This document shows, in pieces, positions 60,365-64,000 of a DNA stretch of 64,000 bases. Source of the DNA: Pecten maximus (lineage: Eukaryota); assembly GCF_902652985.1 (NCBI RefSeq), contig NC_047017.1, positions 20,584,001 to 20,648,000 of the forward strand, read 5' to 3'. The translations under genes were made by a program, and so were the position numbers. Under the pieces are notes generated by a model. That model saw nothing but the letters and a program-made list of their open reading frames with translations, made no database searches and was not told where the DNA came from. Each line of letters opens with the position of its first letter. The first letter of the stretch is position 1.

Positions 60365-62373
60365 TCAGCCAACGACAGCATGAGAAGGGTCAAGTATAGA
60401 TGCTGGCATTACGAAGCAGGCCAAGTCGTTTCCCTGCTCGTCTATTAACTCCCATTTCACCAGAAGTGATATCTTAAATGTAAAATAAAAAACATATTCA
60501 TTGGAATAATAATGTTTCTTTTATACACTACCTGTTACAATCTTGCCATAAAATATGTATATATGATAGATTATGATAGACTATTGCATGATTATAACAA
60601 TTAACAATGACATGAACAACTTAAGTATATATTAGTATCATTGTTTAAGAACAGCTGGAATGAAATGTATGTGGCGGATATGATATAAACATACTTCTGG
60701 GTGTATTTGTATTTCAGAAGTGTAATTTGGGTGGTGGATACTATATATACTTACCTGTGGGTATATTTGAAGTACAGGGATGCAGTTTGTGTTAGTGATA
60801 TAATATATACAGGGATGTAGTTTGTGTTAGTGATATGATATATACAGGGATGTAGTTTGTGTTAGTGATATGATATATACAGGGATGCAGTTTGTGTTAG
60901 TGATATGATATATACAGGGATGTAGTTTGTGTTAGTGATATGATATATACTTACCTCTGGGTATATTTGTAGTACAGGGATGTAGTTTGTGTTAGTGATA
61001 TGATATATACTTACCTCTGGGTATATTTGTAGTACAGGGATGTAGTTTGTGTTAGTGATATGATATATACTTACCTCTGGGTATATTTGTAGTACAGGGA
61101 TGTAGTTTGTGTTAGTGATATGATATATACTTACCTCTGGGTATATTTGTAGTACTGGGATGTAGTTTGTGTTAGTGATATGATATATACTTACCTCTGG
61201 GTATATTTGTAGTACAGGGATGTAGTTTGTGTTAGTGATATGATATATACTTACCTCTGGGTATATTTGTAGTACAGGCATGTAGTTTGTGTTAGTGATA
61301 TGATATATACTTACCTCTGGGTATATTTGTAGTACAGGGATGTAGTTTGTGTTAGTGATATACTATATACTTACCTCTGGGTATATTTGTAGTACAGGGA
61401 TGTAGTTTGTGTTAGTGATATATATATACAGGGATGTAGTTTGTGTTAGTGATATGATATATACAGGGATGTAGTTTGTGTTAGTGATATGATATATACT
61501 TACCTCTGGGTATATTTGTAGTACAGGGATGTAGTTTGTGTTAGTGATATGATATATACAGGGATGTAGTTTGTGTTAGTGATATAATATATACTTACCT
61601 CTGGGTATATTTGTAGTACTGGGATGTAGCTTGTGTTAGTGATATGATATATACAGGGATGTAGTTTGTGTTAGTGACATAATATATACTTACCTCTGGG
61701 TATATTTGTAGTACTGGGATGTAGCTTGTGTTAGTGATATGATATATACAGGGATGTAGTTTGTGTTAGTGATATGATGTATACTTACCTCTACGTATAT
61801 TTGTAGTACAGGGATGTAGCTTGTGTTAGTGATATAATATATACAGGGATGTAGTTTGTGTTAGTGATATGATATATACAGGGATGTAGTTTGTGTTAGT
61901 GATATGATATATACAGGGATGAAGTTTGTGTTAGTGATATGATATATATTTACCTCTACGTATATTTGTAGTACAGGGATGTAGTTTGTGTTAGTGATAT
62001 GATATATATTTACCTCTACGTATATTTGTAGTACAGGGATGTAGTTTGTGTTAGTGATATGATATATACAGGGATGCAGATTGTGTTAGTGATATGATAT
62101 ATACAGGGATGTAGTTTGTGTTAGTGATATGATATATACTTACCTCTGGGTATATTTGTAGTACTGGGATGTAGTTTGTGTTAGTGAAATACTATATACT
62201 TACCTCTGGGTATATTTGTAGTACAGGGATGTAGTTTGTATATACATTATTTACTCCGGGGCTAATTGGACAGTGCACATTGTTGCTTGTGCAGCTGTGC
62301 GTCGACATGAATGGCACAGGAATTCCGGCAATGATTCCATGAACTGACGTTGTCACTTTATTTGTGTGTACAT
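60365..62373 (-). CDS. NPC2: NPC2-like / ML-domain protein B, last two exons (5' exons lie beyond the window)
   Basis: Exons 62204-62373 (..KVTTSVHGIIAGIPVPF..CTSNNVHCPISPGVNNVYTNYIPVLQIYPE) and 60365-60472 (ISLLVKWELIDEQGNDLACFVMPASILDPSHAVVG*). Intron phases match NPC2-A. AATAAA at 60239-60244 (minus strand). Confidence 0.9.
60670..62240 (-). repeat. Tandem array of 60-bp (donor-containing) and 35-bp (donor-less) units derived from the NPC2-B exon end plus splice donor
   Basis: Unit ACAAACTACATCCCTGTACTACAAATATACCCAGAG|GTAAGTATATATCATATCACTAAC. About 16 donor copies lie downstream of the true donor at 62203. Confidence 0.95.
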
Positions 62374-62483
62374 CTGCAACGTTAATCAAGATAAACACGT
62401 GAGTGATTGTTTCAAATGAAGCACCATAATTTATACTTGGAATAAGTTTACGTCAACAGGGAATATTTCGCTTAACAAATGAT

Positions 62484-64000
62484 ATGGACCTAAACTCAGT
62501 GAGTTATTTAGCGACATATTTTGTGGACCTGGACTTACTGAGTTCTCTAGCTTCACATTTTGTAGGCCTTGACTTACCGAGCTCTTTCGAGACACATGTA
62601 GCGGATATACACATATTTAATCATTTATTGAGACACGTTGTGGAGTCGGACATTTTAGGAACTAGACTTACTGAATTCTTTACCTACACGGGTTATGGAC
62701 CTAGACATACCAAATTCTTTACCGACACATGTATTGGATATAGACATACCAAAAGCTTTACCGACACGTTGTGGACCTAGACATACCGAATGTTTTACTG
62801 ACACATGTTGTGGACCTAGACATACCGAATGTTTTACTGACACATGTTGTGGACCTAGACATAATGAATGTTTTACTGACACATGTTGTGGACCTAGACA
62901 TACCGAATGTTTTACTGACACATGTTGTGGACCTAGACATACCGAATGTTTTACTGACACATGTTGTGGACCTAGACATACCGAATGTTTTACTGACACA
63001 TGTTGTGGACCTAGACATACCGAATGTTTTACTGACACATGTTGTGGACCTAGACATAATGAATGTTTTACTGACACATGTTGTGGACCTAGACATACCG
63101 AATGTTTTACTGACACATGTTGTGGACCTAGACATACCGAATGTTTTACTGACACATGTTGTGGACCTAGACATACCGAATGTTTTACTGACACATGTTG
63201 TGGACCTAGACATACCGAATGTTTTACTGACACATGTTGTGGACCTAGGCATACCGAATGTTTTACTGACACATGTTGTGGACCTAGACATACCGAATGT
63301 TTTACTGACACATGTTGTGGACCTAGACATACCGAATGTTTTACTGACACATGTTGTGGACCTAGACATACCAAATGTTTTACCGACACATGTTGTGGAC
63401 CTAGACATACCGAATGTTTTACTGACACATGTTGTGGACCTAGACATACCGAATGTTTTACCGACACATGTTGTGGACCTAGACATACCAAATGTTTTAC
63501 CGACACATGTTGTGGACCTAGACATACCAAATGTTTTACCGACACATGTTGTGGACCTAGACATACCGAATGTTTTACTGACACATGTTGTGGACCTAGA
63601 CATACCGAATGTTTTACTGACACATGTTGTGGACCTAGACATACCAAATGTTTTACCGACACATGTTGTGGACCTAGACATACCAAATGTTTTACCGACA
63701 CATGTTGTGGACCTAGACATACCAAATGTTTTACTGACACATGTTGTGGACCTAGACATACCGAATGTTTTACCGACACATGTTGTGGACCTAGACATAC
63801 CAGAATGTTTTACTGACACATGTTGTGGACCTAGACATACCGAATGTTTTACTGACACATGTTGTGGACCTAGACATACCGAATGTTTTACTGACACATG
63901 TTGTGGACCTAGACATACCGAATGTTTTACTGACACATGTTGTGGACCTAGACATACCGAATGTTTTACAGACACATGTTGTGGACCTAGACATACCGAA
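62484..64000. repeat. 39-bp satellite in NPC2-B intron 2, running off the window
   Basis: Unit gacacatgttgtggacctagacataccgaatgttttact, more than 30 near-identical copies from about 62760, with progressively degenerate copies at 62484-62760. Confidence 0.97.

Noticed and set aside
60862-61281. 139-aa repeat ORF resembling NPC2
   Set aside because: It is the translation of the donor array, separated from the true exon by an in-frame TAG and frame-shifting 35-nt units.
62655-63994. Long ORFs (373-405 aa) on both strands, including a Cys/His-rich CCGPRHTECFTDT repeat
   Set aside because: These are a by-product of a 39-bp (multiple of three) satellite lacking stops in several frames. It lies in an intron and has no unique coding flanks.

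Overview
This is AT-rich, intron-rich animal genomic DNA, not prokaryotic. The SINE, Helentron and MITE repertoire suggests a bivalve mollusc (inference). Five spliced protein genes were reconstructed by hand from GT-AG junctions and frame continuity: (1) the first coding exon of a mitochondrial amidoxime-reducing component (mARC/MOSC) gene on the minus strand; (2) a 24-exon CCDC175-like coiled-coil gene on the plus strand (5785-26261); (3) a complete 14-exon SNX6 (SNX5/6/32 family) gene on the minus strand (39060-30080, 407 aa); (4) a complete 4-exon NPC2/ML-domain gene (53461-45772); (5) the last two exons of a tandem NPC2-like paralogue (62373-60365). Introns carry SINEs of three kinds, several MITEs (one nested), a Helentron-type element, fold-back hairpins and large satellites. 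The most striking observation is that in three unrelated genes an exon 3' end plus its 5' splice site has been amplified into a tandem array of roughly 16-30 donor-like copies running into the intron. Also notable: both NPC2 paralogues carry a 39-bp satellite in the equivalent intron, and CCDC175 has a candidate symmetric proline-rich alternative exon. Two stretches (about 49165-49660 and 54520-56900) look like unpolished sequence.
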